From positions 1 through 64,000 of the forward strand of contig DASCPX010000240.1 of the NCBI GenBank assembly GCA_036012755.1: a stretch of 64,000 nt of DNA, written 5' to 3'. Both the position numbers and the translations under genes were made by a program. Of the stretch, positions 50,137 through 59,961 are shown one piece after another. The notes beneath the pieces are model-generated. The model was not told where the DNA came from. It saw only the letters and a list, made by a program, of their open reading frames with translations, and ran no database searches. The number at the start of each line of letters is the position of its first letter. The stretch's first letter is position 1. The DNA comes from Myxococcota bacterium (GTDB taxonomy: Bacteria > Myxococcota_A > UBA796 > CAJQPC01).

Positions 50137-51177
50137 ATGCTCTTGCTGCTGTTGAGCTGCACCCCCGAGCCCACGCCGGGTCCGGACTCCGACTCGGCGC
50201 GGTCGGAGAGTCCCAGCCCGGACGACAGCGCCGGCGAGACGGGCGAGACCGGTGAGGAGGCGACGGCGACGTGCCCTGAAGGCATGTCGGGGATCACCGA
50301 CGATGACGGCGTCCTGCGCTACTGCATCGACACCTACGAGGTCCTCTTGTCCGACGACGTGGCCCTCAGCCTGGAAGGCGTCGTGCCCACGATCAACGTC
50401 ACCTTCGACGAGGCGGTGGTGATCTGCGCGAACACTCCAGTCGAGGTCGACGCGGTGGACTCCGGCTCCAAGTGGCTGGCGACGAGCGCGGAGTGGGAAG
50501 ACGCCGCCGACGGCACCTTCGGCGAGGGCGGGCTGAACTACCCCTTCGGCGACGAGTTCGACGAAAGCGTCTGTTCGACCGTGACCGCCACCGGTGAGGC
50601 GGTCTACGAGGCCCTCTCACCCACGGGGAGCTTCCCTGACTGCGTGTCCCCTGCCGGGGCCTTCGACATGGCCGGCAACGCCTGGGAGTGGGCCGACCCC
50701 GGACGGGTGGTCGACAACGCGGCCTTCCTCGCCCTCCAGCCGGACCTGAGCACCAGCGACGAGGACGAGCTGATCTCGCTCTCGGGCGAGGTCGGGGGCC
50801 TGCTCCTCGACGTCCCGGGCCTCGCCCACGGCCCGCCGCTTCGCATCGACACCGACGGGCGCTTCGTGGTCGAGACACGGGAAGGGGAGTGGAACTGGTC
50901 CGGCGACAACCCCCGGGGCTACGTCGTGGAGTACGACGCCGAGCTCGAGGAGCGCCTCATGGTCGAGGTGGTTCCCATCGCCGAGATCGGCGGCGACGCG
51001 TCGCTCGTCGTCCGTTGGGACGAGGACGGGCAGGCCATGACCGACAAGCGAGGTGGGGCCTTCTACGTCGGGAGCACAGAGGCCTACCTGATCCACAATC
51101 CCTACCTCGGTCATCCCCACGACTTCGAAGGCACCATCGGCTTTCGCTGCGCCTGTGAGCCGGTCAGCGCCGAATAG
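50137..51177 (+). CDS. FGE-sulfatase (SUMF1-like) domain lipoprotein
   Basis: LLSC lipobox, YCIDTYE, EWE.A, FDMAGNAWEW, RGG.F, IGFRC. Confidence 0.85.
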   Translation: MLLLLLSCTPEPTPGPDSDSARSESPSPDDSAGETGETGEEATATCPEGMSGITDDDGVLRYCIDTYEVLLSDDVALSLEGVVPTINVTFDEAVVICANTPVEVDAVDSGSKWLATSAEWEDAADGTFGEGGLNYPFGDEFDESVCSTVTATGEAVYEALSPTGSFPDCVSPAGAFDMAGNAWEWADPGRVVDNAAFLALQPDLSTSDEDELISLSGEVGGLLLDVPGLAHGPPLRIDTDGRFVVETREGEWNWSGDNPRGYVVEYDAELEERLMVEVVPIAEIGGDASLVVRWDEDGQAMTDKRGGAFYVGSTEAYLIHNPYLGHPHDFEGTIGFRCACEPVSAE

Positions 51178-51180
51178 GCC

Positions 51181-51261
51181 TTGACGTGTCAATACAGATT
51201 CCAGTGACAAGGATCACATCTGTTTTTTTGTTGATCTTCAGCCATTCCCCCGTGGTAGAAG
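51181..51261 (+). promoter_or_regulatory. AT-rich promoter region: TTGACGTGTCAA palindrome, CRP-like box AGTGA-N6-TCACA, T-tract, TGG-TAGAAG extended -10-like element
   Basis: Palindrome 51181-51192; box 51203-51218; TAGAAG 51256-51261. Confidence 0.5.
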
Positions 51262-51264
51262 ACA

Positions 51265-51535
51265 TCTACAACACTCGGTCCAGCTCAACGGAGCACGGAG
51301 GCGGATGACACCACCCGACATTGTCACGCCGGCTCGCTGCCAAGCGAGTGGAGAGCGCTGAAACACCCAGGGCCGCGGTCACGCCGTCACAACGTACGGC
51401 CCCTGCCGACCCCCGCCGCCGATGCGGCAATAAACCCAGACGCACCTCCGATATCTCCCCAGCTGAGCGGGCCCAAGAAAACCAGACCGAGGCCGACCCC
51501 GTACATACACGGGTGAGTCGGCCTCGCGTCGTTTT
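51265..51535 (+). ncRNA. Candidate structured small RNA (or small-peptide mRNA)
   Basis: Lies between convergent genes, with an upstream promoter-like region, several hairpins and a terminator; family not recognised. Confidence 0.4.
51478..51535. terminator. Probable bidirectional intrinsic terminator
   Basis: CGAGGCCGAC...GTCGGCCTCG stem with inner CCCGT/ACGGG, flanked by AAAA and TTTT. Confidence 0.65.
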
Positions 51536-51551
51536 CGATACAGACAGAGAG

Positions 51552-53009
51552 TCATCGGAACAGGCTCTCCAGGTGGCCGACCAGCCCGTCGCGGCTGGCC
51601 GGCTGGCTTCGATAGCCGACGAATCCATCCGGGCGGATCAGGTACAGACTCTCCGAGCGGGCCCCAAAGGCCGTATGAAGCGTGAACTCCGGGTCTTGGA
51701 GCATGGGGCCGTCCCACTCCAGGGCCATCGGCCTCGCAGCCGACGGCACCACGACGCACACCGCGATGACGTCACCATGGTCCCGCTCGACCTCCTCGGC
51801 GATGCGGGACAAGGTCCTGTAGCCCTCCTCCGTGTCGGCGACGCCGTCGAAGAGCAGGAGGCAGTGCTTCTCGCCCCGCAGGGCTTCACGCAGTCGGCGG
51901 TGGCCTCCTGGGCCAAAACCGCAGTCCGGGGCCCTGTCACCAGGGGCGGGACCGCTGCTGAAGTCGAGCCAGGTGGCGAAGGTCGGGCGCTCGGCGGAGT
52001 CCTCCCGCCCCAGTCGAGAAAGCACGAAGGGCTCCCGATCCTCGCCCACGATTGGGCTGTCGCGGTAGCCGAGGTGCAGATCGGCCCGCTCACGAGCCAT
52101 GCGCTCCTGGACCGGCTCCAGTCGGCCGAGGTGCGGCAGGAGGCGGTCCAGCCAAGCCTCTGGCAGGCGCCTCCGTAGAGAGACGACGCGGAGGGGAAAC
52201 CGCGGTGCGCGAGCGAGACGGGCGCGCAGGGCCCCTCGCTCCATCGCGTAGCTGTCCAGGAGCGATGGGTCGGCCCGACCGGCTCCGACCAGCGCCAGCT
52301 TCCACCCCAGGTTGCGGGCATCCTCGAAGTCCTGGTGGAGCGCGCCCGGCTCGCTACGGACGATGCGTGGTCCCCCTCGTGGGGTCACCTGGAGCACCTC
52401 GGCGTCCACTGAGACCTCGCTGACCCAGGCGCCCTCGGGGCCGTACTCGTTGAGCAGGCGCTGCCAGCCGTCCAGGGCGATCGGCGCGTCCCCCTCGAGC
52501 CTGAGCAGGGCCTGGCCCTCGCCACAAGGCAGGATCGCCAGGAGCCCAAAGGGACCCAGCTGGATGTGGACTTCGTCCTCTGGCAGGCCGCCGAAGCGGG
52601 CCAGGACCTGGCGACCCACGACGACACCCTCGCCCCTGCGGGCGTCGATGACCTCGCCGTCGGTGATCCCCTCGCGGAAGTGGACGCCGAGGCTCTCCGC
52701 GTGGCGGCGAAGGCGCCCTACCCCCTCGGGCACGACAGCCAGGCTCGGGAAGGGGGTGGAGAGCTCGTCGAAGGAGAAGTGGAGGACGCGCTCCCCGTCG
52801 GCGACCACCGTGAGTCCATGCAGGCGGTGGCCCGGAGCCGGAAGGCCCAGGTGGTGCCAGTGCTCCTGGGCGCGGGCCCCCAACACCAGCGGCAACCCCT
52901 CCGGACGGGAAGAGCCCTCGCAGACGGCGACCTCGACGCCTCGCCTGGCCAGCTCGCACGCGAGCGCGAGACCGACGGCAGAGGCGCCACGAACCTGCAA
53001 CATCGCCAT
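51552..53009 (-). CDS. Degenerate FAD-dependent monooxygenase-like protein (PheA/TfdB family)
   Basis: [51 protein letters not shown] and GDAAH fingerprints are missing. Confidence 0.75.
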   Translation of the reverse strand: MAMLQVRGASAVGLALACELARRGVEVAVCEGSSRPEGLPLVLGARAQEHWHHLGLPAPGHRLHGLTVVADGERVLHFSFDELSTPFPSLAVVPEGVGRLRRHAESLGVHFREGITDGEVIDARRGEGVVVGRQVLARFGGLPEDEVHIQLGPFGLLAILPCGEGQALLRLEGDAPIALDGWQRLLNEYGPEGAWVSEVSVDAEVLQVTPRGGPRIVRSEPGALHQDFEDARNLGWKLALVGAGRADPSLLDSYAMERGALRARLARAPRFPLRVVSLRRRLPEAWLDRLLPHLGRLEPVQERMARERADLHLGYRDSPIVGEDREPFVLSRLGREDSAERPTFATWLDFSSGPAPGDRAPDCGFGPGGHRRLREALRGEKHCLLLFDGVADTEEGYRTLSRIAEEVERDHGDVIAVCVVVPSAARPMALEWDGPMLQDPEFTLHTAFGARSESLYLIRPDGFVGYRSQPASRDGLVGHLESLFR

Positions 53010-53045
53010 GCCCCAGTATGCGTTACCTCGCGGGCCGGAGGCTTC

Positions 53046-54479
53046 ATGTCGGACCGCGTCTACGAGCACCCCCTGGTCTCCCGCTACGCGTCCGCGGAGA
53101 TGAGCTACCTCTTCTCGCCGCACAAGAAGTTCAGCACCTGGCGACGCTTGTGGTTGGCGCTGGCGGAGGCGGAGCAGGCCCTCGGGCTGGACATCAGCGA
53201 TGAGCAGCTCGCGGCCATGCGACGGCACCTCGACGACATCGACTACGAGGCGGCGGCTGCCTACGAGCAGAGGTTCCGCCACGACGTGATGGCGCACGTG
53301 CACACCTGGGGAGATCTCGTCCCCGAGTCGCGAGCGATCATCCACCTCGGCGCCACCAGCTGCTACGTGGGCGACAACACGGACCTCGTCGTTCTGCGCG
53401 ACGCGTTGGACCTGCTGCTGCCGAAGCTCGCCAACGCCATCGGGCAGCTGGCGACCTTCGCCGAGGCCTACGCCGAGACCCCCACGCTGGGCTTCACCCA
53501 CTACCAGCCGGCCCAGCTGACCACAGTCGGAAAGCGCGCCTGCCTGTGGCTGCAGGAGCTGCTCATGGACCTGCGAGCGCTCGGTCGAGCGAGGCAGGAC
53601 CTGCGTTTTCGCGGCGTGAAGGGGACCACCGGCACCCAGGCCTCCTTCCTCCAGCTCTTCGACGGCGACCACGACAAGGTCGAGCGGCTCGACGCCCGCG
53701 TCACGGCCGCCTTCGGCTTCCCGAGCGCCTATGCGGTGACCGGCCAGACCTACCCGCGCAAGGTCGATCACGAGGTCGTCTCCGCCCTGGCGAGCTTCGG
53801 GGCCACCGCCCACCGCATCGCCACCGACATCCGGCTGCTGGCGAACCTCAAGGAGCTGGAGGAGCCCTTCGGCGAGCACCAGATCGGCAGCTCGGCGATG
53901 GCCTACAAGAGAAACCCGATGCGCAGCGAGCGTGTCTGCGCCCTGGCCCGCCACCTCGTCTCGCTCTCACAGGACACAGCCTGGACCTCGGCGCTCCAGT
54001 GGATGGAGCGCACCCTCGACGACTCGGCCAACCGCCGCATGTCGCTGCCGGAGGCCTTCCTCGCCGCCGACGGGATCCTCCAGGTCTTCCAGAACGTCTT
54101 CGCGGGGCTGGTCGTCTACCCCGCGGTCATCGCCCGCCGGGTGGCCAGCGAGCTCCCCTTCATGGCCACGGAGAACCTCATCATGGCGATGGTGCGGCGC
54201 GGCGCCGACCGCCAGGAGGTCCACGAGGCCATCCGGGTCCACAGCATGGAGGCCGCCCGGGTCGTGAAGCTGGAAGGCGGCGACAACGACCTCCTCGACA
54301 GGATCCGCGCCGATTCCTGGTTCGCCCTCATCCACGACGACCTCGACGAGCTGCTCGACCCGAGCACCTTCGTCGGGCGCGCACCCGAGCAGGTCAGGGC
54401 CTTCCTCGAAGCCGAGGTCGGCCCGGCTATAGAGCCCTGGAAGGCCTACCTCGGCTCCACCACCGACCTCCACGTGTAG
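53046..54479 (+). CDS. purB: Adenylosuccinate lyase
   Basis: [51 protein letters not shown]. Confidence 0.95.
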   Translation: MSDRVYEHPLVSRYASAEMSYLFSPHKKFSTWRRLWLALAEAEQALGLDISDEQLAAMRRHLDDIDYEAAAAYEQRFRHDVMAHVHTWGDLVPESRAIIHLGATSCYVGDNTDLVVLRDALDLLLPKLANAIGQLATFAEAYAETPTLGFTHYQPAQLTTVGKRACLWLQELLMDLRALGRARQDLRFRGVKGTTGTQASFLQLFDGDHDKVERLDARVTAAFGFPSAYAVTGQTYPRKVDHEVVSALASFGATAHRIATDIRLLANLKELEEPFGEHQIGSSAMAYKRNPMRSERVCALARHLVSLSQDTAWTSALQWMERTLDDSANRRMSLPEAFLAADGILQVFQNVFAGLVVYPAVIARRVASELPFMATENLIMAMVRRGADRQEVHEAIRVHSMEAARVVKLEGGDNDLLDRIRADSWFALIHDDLDELLDPSTFVGRAPEQVRAFLEAEVGPAIEPWKAYLGSTTDLHV

Positions 54480-55557
54480 ATGCTCCTGGTCCTCTGCTCG
54501 CCGAGACCTGGTCGGGAGACCAGGACCTCGCAGAGGACCTCACGGTCGAGGATCTCACCATCGAAGCGGGCGTCACGGTCACCCTGTCCGAGGGCGTCAC
54601 GTTGACGGTCACGGGCGAGCTCGTCGCCCGCGGGACCGAGATCACCTTCACCGGCGAGGGCTGGAACGCGGTGGTCCTCACCGGCGCCACGGCGACCTTC
54701 GAGGATGTCGACGACTTCGTCAGCGGCTCGATCATCGAGCACTGCGTCTTCGAGGGCGGCACCCGCGCCCTGACCCTCCAGGGGGCCAGCCCCTATGTGC
54801 ATGCCTCGACCTTCAGGGACAACACCTGCGCCTCGCGCCGTGCTCGAGGGTGGCTGCGCCATCACCCTGACCGACGGCGCGGCGCCTCGCATCCGGGACA
54901 ACACCTTCCTCGACAACATCGCGACGGAGCAACGTGGTCATCGGCAACAGGAACCTCGGCTTCGGCGCCGGGGGGGGTCGGCGCCGCCTACCTCCGCACC
55001 TGCGAGGACAACGTCTTCGCCGACAACACCACCGACGGCGAGCCCGGTGACTTCGCCTGGCACAACGAGGAGCTGGAGCACTACCCCGAGTGGGTCACGC
55101 ACCCCTCCATCGCACACAACTGATGGGGCACGACCGACGAGGACTTCGTCTCGGACACCATCCACGACGGCGAGGACGAGGACCGCTTCGGCGTCGTCGA
55201 TCCCTTCCCGGTGCTCGCCGAGGCACCCTCGGGGCCCGAGACCCGGGTCGTCATCACCACCAAGAAGCTCCGCTACGACCGCGCCGGCGAGGACATGCCG
55301 GTCTTCCTCACGCTCTACAACCCCGGTCCCGCTCGCGAGGTCGACCTGGTGGTCCTGTTCCAGGTCGAGGACCTGCCGCCGGTCCCCTGGGGGGTCGAGC
55401 TCGACTTCCCGGACGCCGAGGTCGACGGCCATCGCACACGCCTGAGCCTGCCCGAGGACAGCGTCTGGTTCGACGTACCGCCGGAGACCGCCCACCCGGA
55501 GGCGAGCGCATCGGCACCCTCTCCAGCGCCCGCTTCGAGCTCTCGGAGGTCGAGTGA
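54480..55557 (+). pseudogene. Disrupted secreted right-handed beta-helix protein
   Basis: Protein-like sequence switches frame several times (~54495, ~54835, ~54950, ~55500); TGA at 55121 sits in HN*WGT, where NWWG is typical. Confidence 0.7.
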
Positions 55558-55928
55558 TCCTCCTGCTGTCGCTGGCCTGCAGCACCTGTGACCTCACGGA
55601 CCCCGTGACCCCGGGGTGCGGCGTCGAGCTCGACGACGGCAAGGTCCGGCTCGGGGACAAGCGATCCAAGGTCGAGCGCCGGCTCGGGGACGCCGATCGC
55701 AGCGAGGACCTTGGCGTTCTCGGCGTGCACGCACACTACGGCGAGGTCCGCGTCGTCTACGTGGAGGACGCGGTCACCTCGATCTCCGTCCCGACATCAC
55801 TGGCCGATCAAGACGTCCGAGACACCTACGGCACCCCCCGCGAGGACCCGGTGCTGGGCACGCTGTGGTTCGACGGCATCGGCTACCACGCGGTCGGCCT
55901 CGACGACAGCGTGCTCACCATCTTCTGA
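55554..55928 (+). CDS. Small hypothetical lipoprotein
   Basis: MILLLSLAC lipobox; GTGA overlap with the upstream stop. Confidence 0.65.
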   Translation: MILLLSLACSTCDLTDPVTPGCGVELDDGKVRLGDKRSKVERRLGDADRSEDLGVLGVHAHYGEVRVVYVEDAVTSISVPTSLADQDVRDTYGTPREDPVLGTLWFDGIGYHAVGLDDSVLTIF

Positions 55929-55934
55929 GGACCG

Positions 55935-56240
55935 CTACCGGGTCTCGACGTGGACCCAGCGGTGGTGCTTCTCCAGCCGCTCGCTGGGCTCGAAGACCAG
56001 GATGCGCGGGTTGTCGTAGGGGTGGAGCTCGTGGATGCGCGCGACCAGCGGGTCGATGCGGTCCTTCATCGTCTCGAGCTGGATGGCGGCCTCTTCGGAG
56101 GCGACGATCTCGCCGTTCCACCAGTAGCGGGAGTGGACGATGGGGAAGATCGTGCCGCCTGCGACCAGCCGCTCGCGCAACAGCAGGAGCAACATCGCCT
56201 CGGCGTCGACGGCGGGGATGGTGACCTGGACGAAGCGCAC
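55935..56240 (-). CDS. cutA: Divalent-cation tolerance protein CutA
   Basis: S.YWWNGEI...E, IHELHPYDNP.I. Confidence 0.85.
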   Translation of the reverse strand: MRFVQVTIPAVDAEAMLLLLLRERLVAGGTIFPIVHSRYWWNGEIVASEEAAIQLETMKDRIDPLVARIHELHPYDNPRILVFEPSERLEKHHRWVHVETR

Positions 56241-56249
56241 GGGCGGAGA

Positions 56250-57182
56250 CTACCCCAAGCTGTTCATGGTGCTGGCCACGCCCAGCCTGTCCTCGATCGC
56301 CGGCAGGCGAGCCCTCGCCCCGCGGTGCTCGCGATCGATGCGCAGGGTGTGGACGAACCACTTCCGCGCCGCCGCGAGCTCGCCACGCTCCTCGTGCATG
56401 CAGGCCACCCTGAAGGTGAAACCCGGCTCCCTGTGCGTCCGCGACGCCGCCGCGTCGATCACAGCGAGGGCCGTATCGAGATGCCCCGCGGCGTGGAGCG
56501 CGTCAACGGCCTCTTCGAGCAAGGCCAGCGCCGGCTTGGTCACGTGGGACGGCCCCTGCGTCGCCGCGACCACAGCGTCGGCGGCCGCGACGGAATAGGC
56601 GCCGTCCTGCAGGTAGAAGCGCGCTCGCAACAGCAGCAACGTCGGGTCCCGCCGCGCCCTGATCGCCTTGTCGAGCACGGCGATCGCGGCGTCCCGGGAG
56701 CCGGCTCGAGAGAGCGTCTCGGTGATGGCCGGAACCGGCGAGCCACCCTGGAGGACCCAGTCACCGGCCTCTTCGGCCGCGAGCTCGGTCACTTCGGCAC
56801 GGACCAGCTCCCGGAGCCTGAGCAAGCGGGCTCGGGGGCCCGCCGCGGTGTGGTGGAAGGCCGCAGTCGCGAGCTTGATCGCCAGCACGTGCCCGCCCGC
56901 CTTCGCGGCCTTCTCGGCGGCCTCACAGAGGGTCGAGCAGCCGAGGTGACTCGCCATGTCCTCGTGCAGATTGGCGTCCTCGCCGTGGGCCAGGCCACAG
57001 TCCGTGCAGGCTCCGGAAGAGGCCCGCACGCCGCCGCAGTTCGCGCAGCGCCCCGCCCGCAGCGGCCTCAGCGGCGCTCGCCAGCGCTCGACGGACAGCG
57101 CCACACCGGTGTCCGGGCACACCAGGACATCACGAGGCTCTCCTCGGTGGATCCTGGTCTTCCATCGGCCTGGAGGTTGCAC
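56250..57182 (-). CDS. Hypothetical Zn-ribbon plus TPR protein (start uncertain)
   Basis: CANCGG...CTDCG followed by TPR-like helices. Confidence 0.65.
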   Translation of the reverse strand: MQPPGRWKTRIHRGEPRDVLVCPDTGVALSVERWRAPLRPLRAGRCANCGGVRASSGACTDCGLAHGEDANLHEDMASHLGCSTLCEAAEKAAKAGGHVLAIKLATAAFHHTAAGPRARLLRLRELVRAEVTELAAEEAGDWVLQGGSPVPAITETLSRAGSRDAAIAVLDKAIRARRDPTLLLLRARFYLQDGAYSVAAADAVVAATQGPSHVTKPALALLEEAVDALHAAGHLDTALAVIDAAASRTHREPGFTFRVACMHEERGELAAARKWFVHTLRIDREHRGARARLPAIEDRLGVASTMNSLG

Positions 57183-57272
57183 GGCGAGTCAACTCCAGGC
57201 GACTGGATACACCCCGTCGCGTTGCTCCGCGTCGCAAAACGCAGTCTCCACGAAACCGTTACAAACGGAGAC

Positions 57273-58148
57273 ATGAAGTCCCCGACCGGAGTCCGCGTTG
57301 GAGCCGCGATGGCGCTCTGCTTTGCGGCCGCGTGGGCAGCGCTGAGCGTGACCCAGCCGGAGCCGGAGCCACCCACCGCGGTCGAACCCACGCTGCCATC
57401 GCTGAGCGTGCAGGTGCTGGACCAGAGCGGAGCGGTGCCGACGGACTGCGCCGGAACGCTCACCCTCCGGGTCGAAAGCGGACACCGGCTGGATCGGGAC
57501 AGCACGCTGTTGTGCGGCGCGGATGGTCGGATCTCATGGAGCGATCTGGAGCCAGGCACGTGGCGGCTGGCGGTCGCAGGCGAAGGCACCGAGCTCAGGG
57601 AAGAGGACCACGAGGTCTCCGGTCCGGTCGACCTCGGCGCTTGGACGCTGGGACCGGGAGGGAACGTCTCCGGCGTCGTCAGCAGAGCCGGCGAGCCCCT
57701 CCTCGGCGCCCAGATCCGGACGAAGACCGGCCACCGCAGTGTCAGCATCACCGACGGCCAGTACGTCCTGAGGGGCCTGCCCGTGGGCGAGGTCGAGGTC
57801 TTCGCCGGCCACGAGGACCACGGCGCGAGCGGTCGTACGGTGGTCGTCCTCGGCGAGGTCGCCAACCTGGATCTGGAGCTCGAGCCCGTGGCCGCGAAGG
57901 GTGTCATCGGCGTGCTCTTCGAGACCACCGACGAGGGTCTCCTCCTCACCCGCGTCCACCCCGGAGGCCCCGCCCGCGAGCTGTCGCCGGGTGAGCACAT
58001 CACGGCGGTGGACGGCTACGACACCCGCGATCTGGCCCAGTCAGAGGCGACGTCGATGCTGTCGGGGGCACCTGGGACGGCCGTCGAGCTCGCGGTCGGC
58101 GGGAGGGAGATCAGCCTGGTCCGAGTGGATCTGGCGAACCTCCCCTGA
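57273..58148 (+). CDS. Exported protein with carboxypeptidase-regulatory-like domains and C-terminal PDZ domain
   Basis: Signal/TM, DLEPGTW, VSGVV...GEPLLGA, GVIGV...VHPGGPA...ITAVDG...GAPGTAVEL. Confidence 0.8.
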   Translation: MKSPTGVRVGAAMALCFAAAWAALSVTQPEPEPPTAVEPTLPSLSVQVLDQSGAVPTDCAGTLTLRVESGHRLDRDSTLLCGADGRISWSDLEPGTWRLAVAGEGTELREEDHEVSGPVDLGAWTLGPGGNVSGVVSRAGEPLLGAQIRTKTGHRSVSITDGQYVLRGLPVGEVEVFAGHEDHGASGRTVVVLGEVANLDLELEPVAAKGVIGVLFETTDEGLLLTRVHPGGPARELSPGEHITAVDGYDTRDLAQSEATSMLSGAPGTAVELAVGGREISLVRVDLANLP

Positions 58149-59961
58149 GCGGCTGCGACAGCACCTCGCACTTCATCACGGCGCCGGCGGTGGTGACCAC
58201 CTCTGCGGCATCGGGCCGGGCCGCCGCGAAGCGCTCGTGGGCGGCCCGCGCCACCCCGCAGTGGCCAGCGGTGGCCAGGGTCAGGATGCCGTCCTCCTGC
58301 AGACCGCGGTCCGCAGGGTAGTCCTGGAGCCAGGGCAGGAACCAGGGCCGCTCGTCGACATCGAAGGCACCGGGGTGGAGGCGCCACATCGCCAGTCGAC
58401 CGACGACGGCCTCTGGCACCAGGCGCCCCTCGTCCTCGAGCACCAGCGCGTAGATGGCGTCCGCCTGCTCGAAGTCGCCGACATCGTGGAGGGCCTCTGC
58501 GAGCTCGAGGCGCAGGCGGGCGCTGGCGGCGTTGCGCAGGTGCTCGGTGCGGGCCTCGGCGAGATCAGGGGGCTCACCGATCCGGGCGGAGCCGACGATG
58601 TCCTCGAACAAGCCGACACGCCGACCGGGAACACCGTCCGTATCGAGGGCCACGACGTAGCCGACGCGGTTGAGGTAGCGGCCGCGCAGCAGGTGTTGCT
58701 CGACGAGCAGGTAGCGGGCGACCCCTTCCGTGTCGTGGAAGGACAGGGCGTGGGCTGTCCAGGCGGGCCCGCGGGGGGCGGGGGGCTCGACCACCTTGGC
58801 CTCTCCGGCGATGCGGCGACCCCAGTGTCGTGCGAGGTGCTCGCCGGTGAGCGGATCTCCGTGCTCGGCCAGCTCCCAGCCGAGCACGTCGAGGCCAGCG
58901 AAGGCGAACTCCTCGCTGGCTTCGCTCGTGGTCCACGCTGGCATGCCGCGCACGGTGACGCTGTGGGTCCCACCGCTCTCGGGCAACAGCCGCGAGGGGA
59001 TCTCCAGCTCGACGCCGACCTCGCCGAGGGAGACAGTCTCCGGTGGGCCGAAGACCGGGACGAGCCGCAACAGCGGACCGAGCACACCCGTGAGGACCAA
59101 CAGCGCGACGATGGCTGCCTCGGCCAGGCGGCGGACGGCGGCCGCCCGCTCCCTCGGCACGACGTGATCCGGCCGGATCAACATCGTGGCCAGCACGCCA
59201 CCCAACAGCCCGCCGGCGTGGGCCCAGTGGGAGGTGCCGTCGTTGTAGAGGGTGCCCCCGAAGAGCACGGCGAAGAACAGGAGGTTCCCGTAGCCGTAGT
59301 AGCGGCGCTGCAGCGGCGGCAACGTGTCGCCGAAGCGGAAACCGATGGCGAGCTGCGCACCCCAGAAACCGAAGCCCAGGATCGAGCTCCCGATCACCGG
59401 GTTGCGCTGGAACAGGGCGATGAAGAGCACTCCGAGCAGCACGCTGGCGACAGCCACGAGGCCGTAGCCGCGAGCACCCAGGGCACGCTCGACCCGGTAG
59501 CCGCAGTAGCCGAGCACCGCGAGGTTCGGGAAGAGGTGGAAGCTGTCGGCGTGCACGCCCTGAGAGGTCCAAGGCGAGGCCCAGCGGCCGTCGAAGATCA
59601 GGGGCTCGAGACCTGTGGCGCCTCGCCCGTAGAGCCCGAGGAGCGCCACGAGCGCGTCCTCTGGAAGGGGCAGGAAGCCAGCGAAGAGCTGGACGAGCCC
59701 GGCGAGCAGCACCGCGCCGCCCAGCGCCGTCGAGGCCCATGGGAACGGCGGGGTCTCGAAGTGCTCGGCCATGCGGGCGCCGGGGGCCTCGAAGGCATCT
59801 CGGAGCTCCGGGATGGACGAGAGCGGCCGCGAGTCCCGGCCGGTCCAGGGCTCGTACTCGAGCACGGCGTCGCCCGGGACCTCACCGCGTCGGATCTGCT
59901 CGTCGAGGTCGTTCAGATCGACCGGCGCGGTGTCGCCAGCGTGGGTCAGCGTTCCCTTCAA
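58111..59961 (-). CDS. Rhomboid intramembrane serine protease with long C-terminal soluble/TPR-like extension
   Basis: HADSFHLFPN, VIGSS, SHWAHAGGLLGG; TTG start overlaps the CHAT gene stop. Confidence 0.82.
   Translation of the reverse strand: MKGTLTHAGDTAPVDLNDLDEQIRRGEVPGDAVLEYEPWTGRDSRPLSSIPELRDAFEAPGARMAEHFETPPFPWASTALGGAVLLAGLVQLFAGFLPLPEDALVALLGLYGRGATGLEPLIFDGRWASPWTSQGVHADSFHLFPNLAVLGYCGYRVERALGARGYGLVAVASVLLGVLFIALFQRNPVIGSSILGFGFWGAQLAIGFRFGDTLPPLQRRYYGYGNLLFFAVLFGGTLYNDGTSHWAHAGGLLGGVLATMLIRPDHVVPRERAAAVRRLAEAAIVALLVLTGVLGPLLRLVPVFGPPETVSLGEVGVELEIPSRLLPESGGTHSVTVRGMPAWTTSEASEEFAFAGLDVLGWELAEHGDPLTGEHLARHWGRRIAGEAKVVEPPAPRGPAWTAHALSFHDTEGVARYLLVEQHLLRGRYLNRVGYVVALDTDGVPGRRVGLFEDIVGSARIGEPPDLAEARTEHLRNAASARLRLELAEALHDVGDFEQADAIYALVLEDEGRLVPEAVVGRLAMWRLHPGAFDVDERPWFLPWLQDYPADRGLQEDGILTLATAGHCGVARAAHERFAAARPDAAEVVTTAGAVMKCEVLSQPLRGGSPDPLGPG

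Noticed and set aside
55121..55123. Second selenocysteine or alternative-code UGA
   Set aside because: The position is Trp-like in a gene with other lesions, and TGA serves as a normal stop throughout the window.
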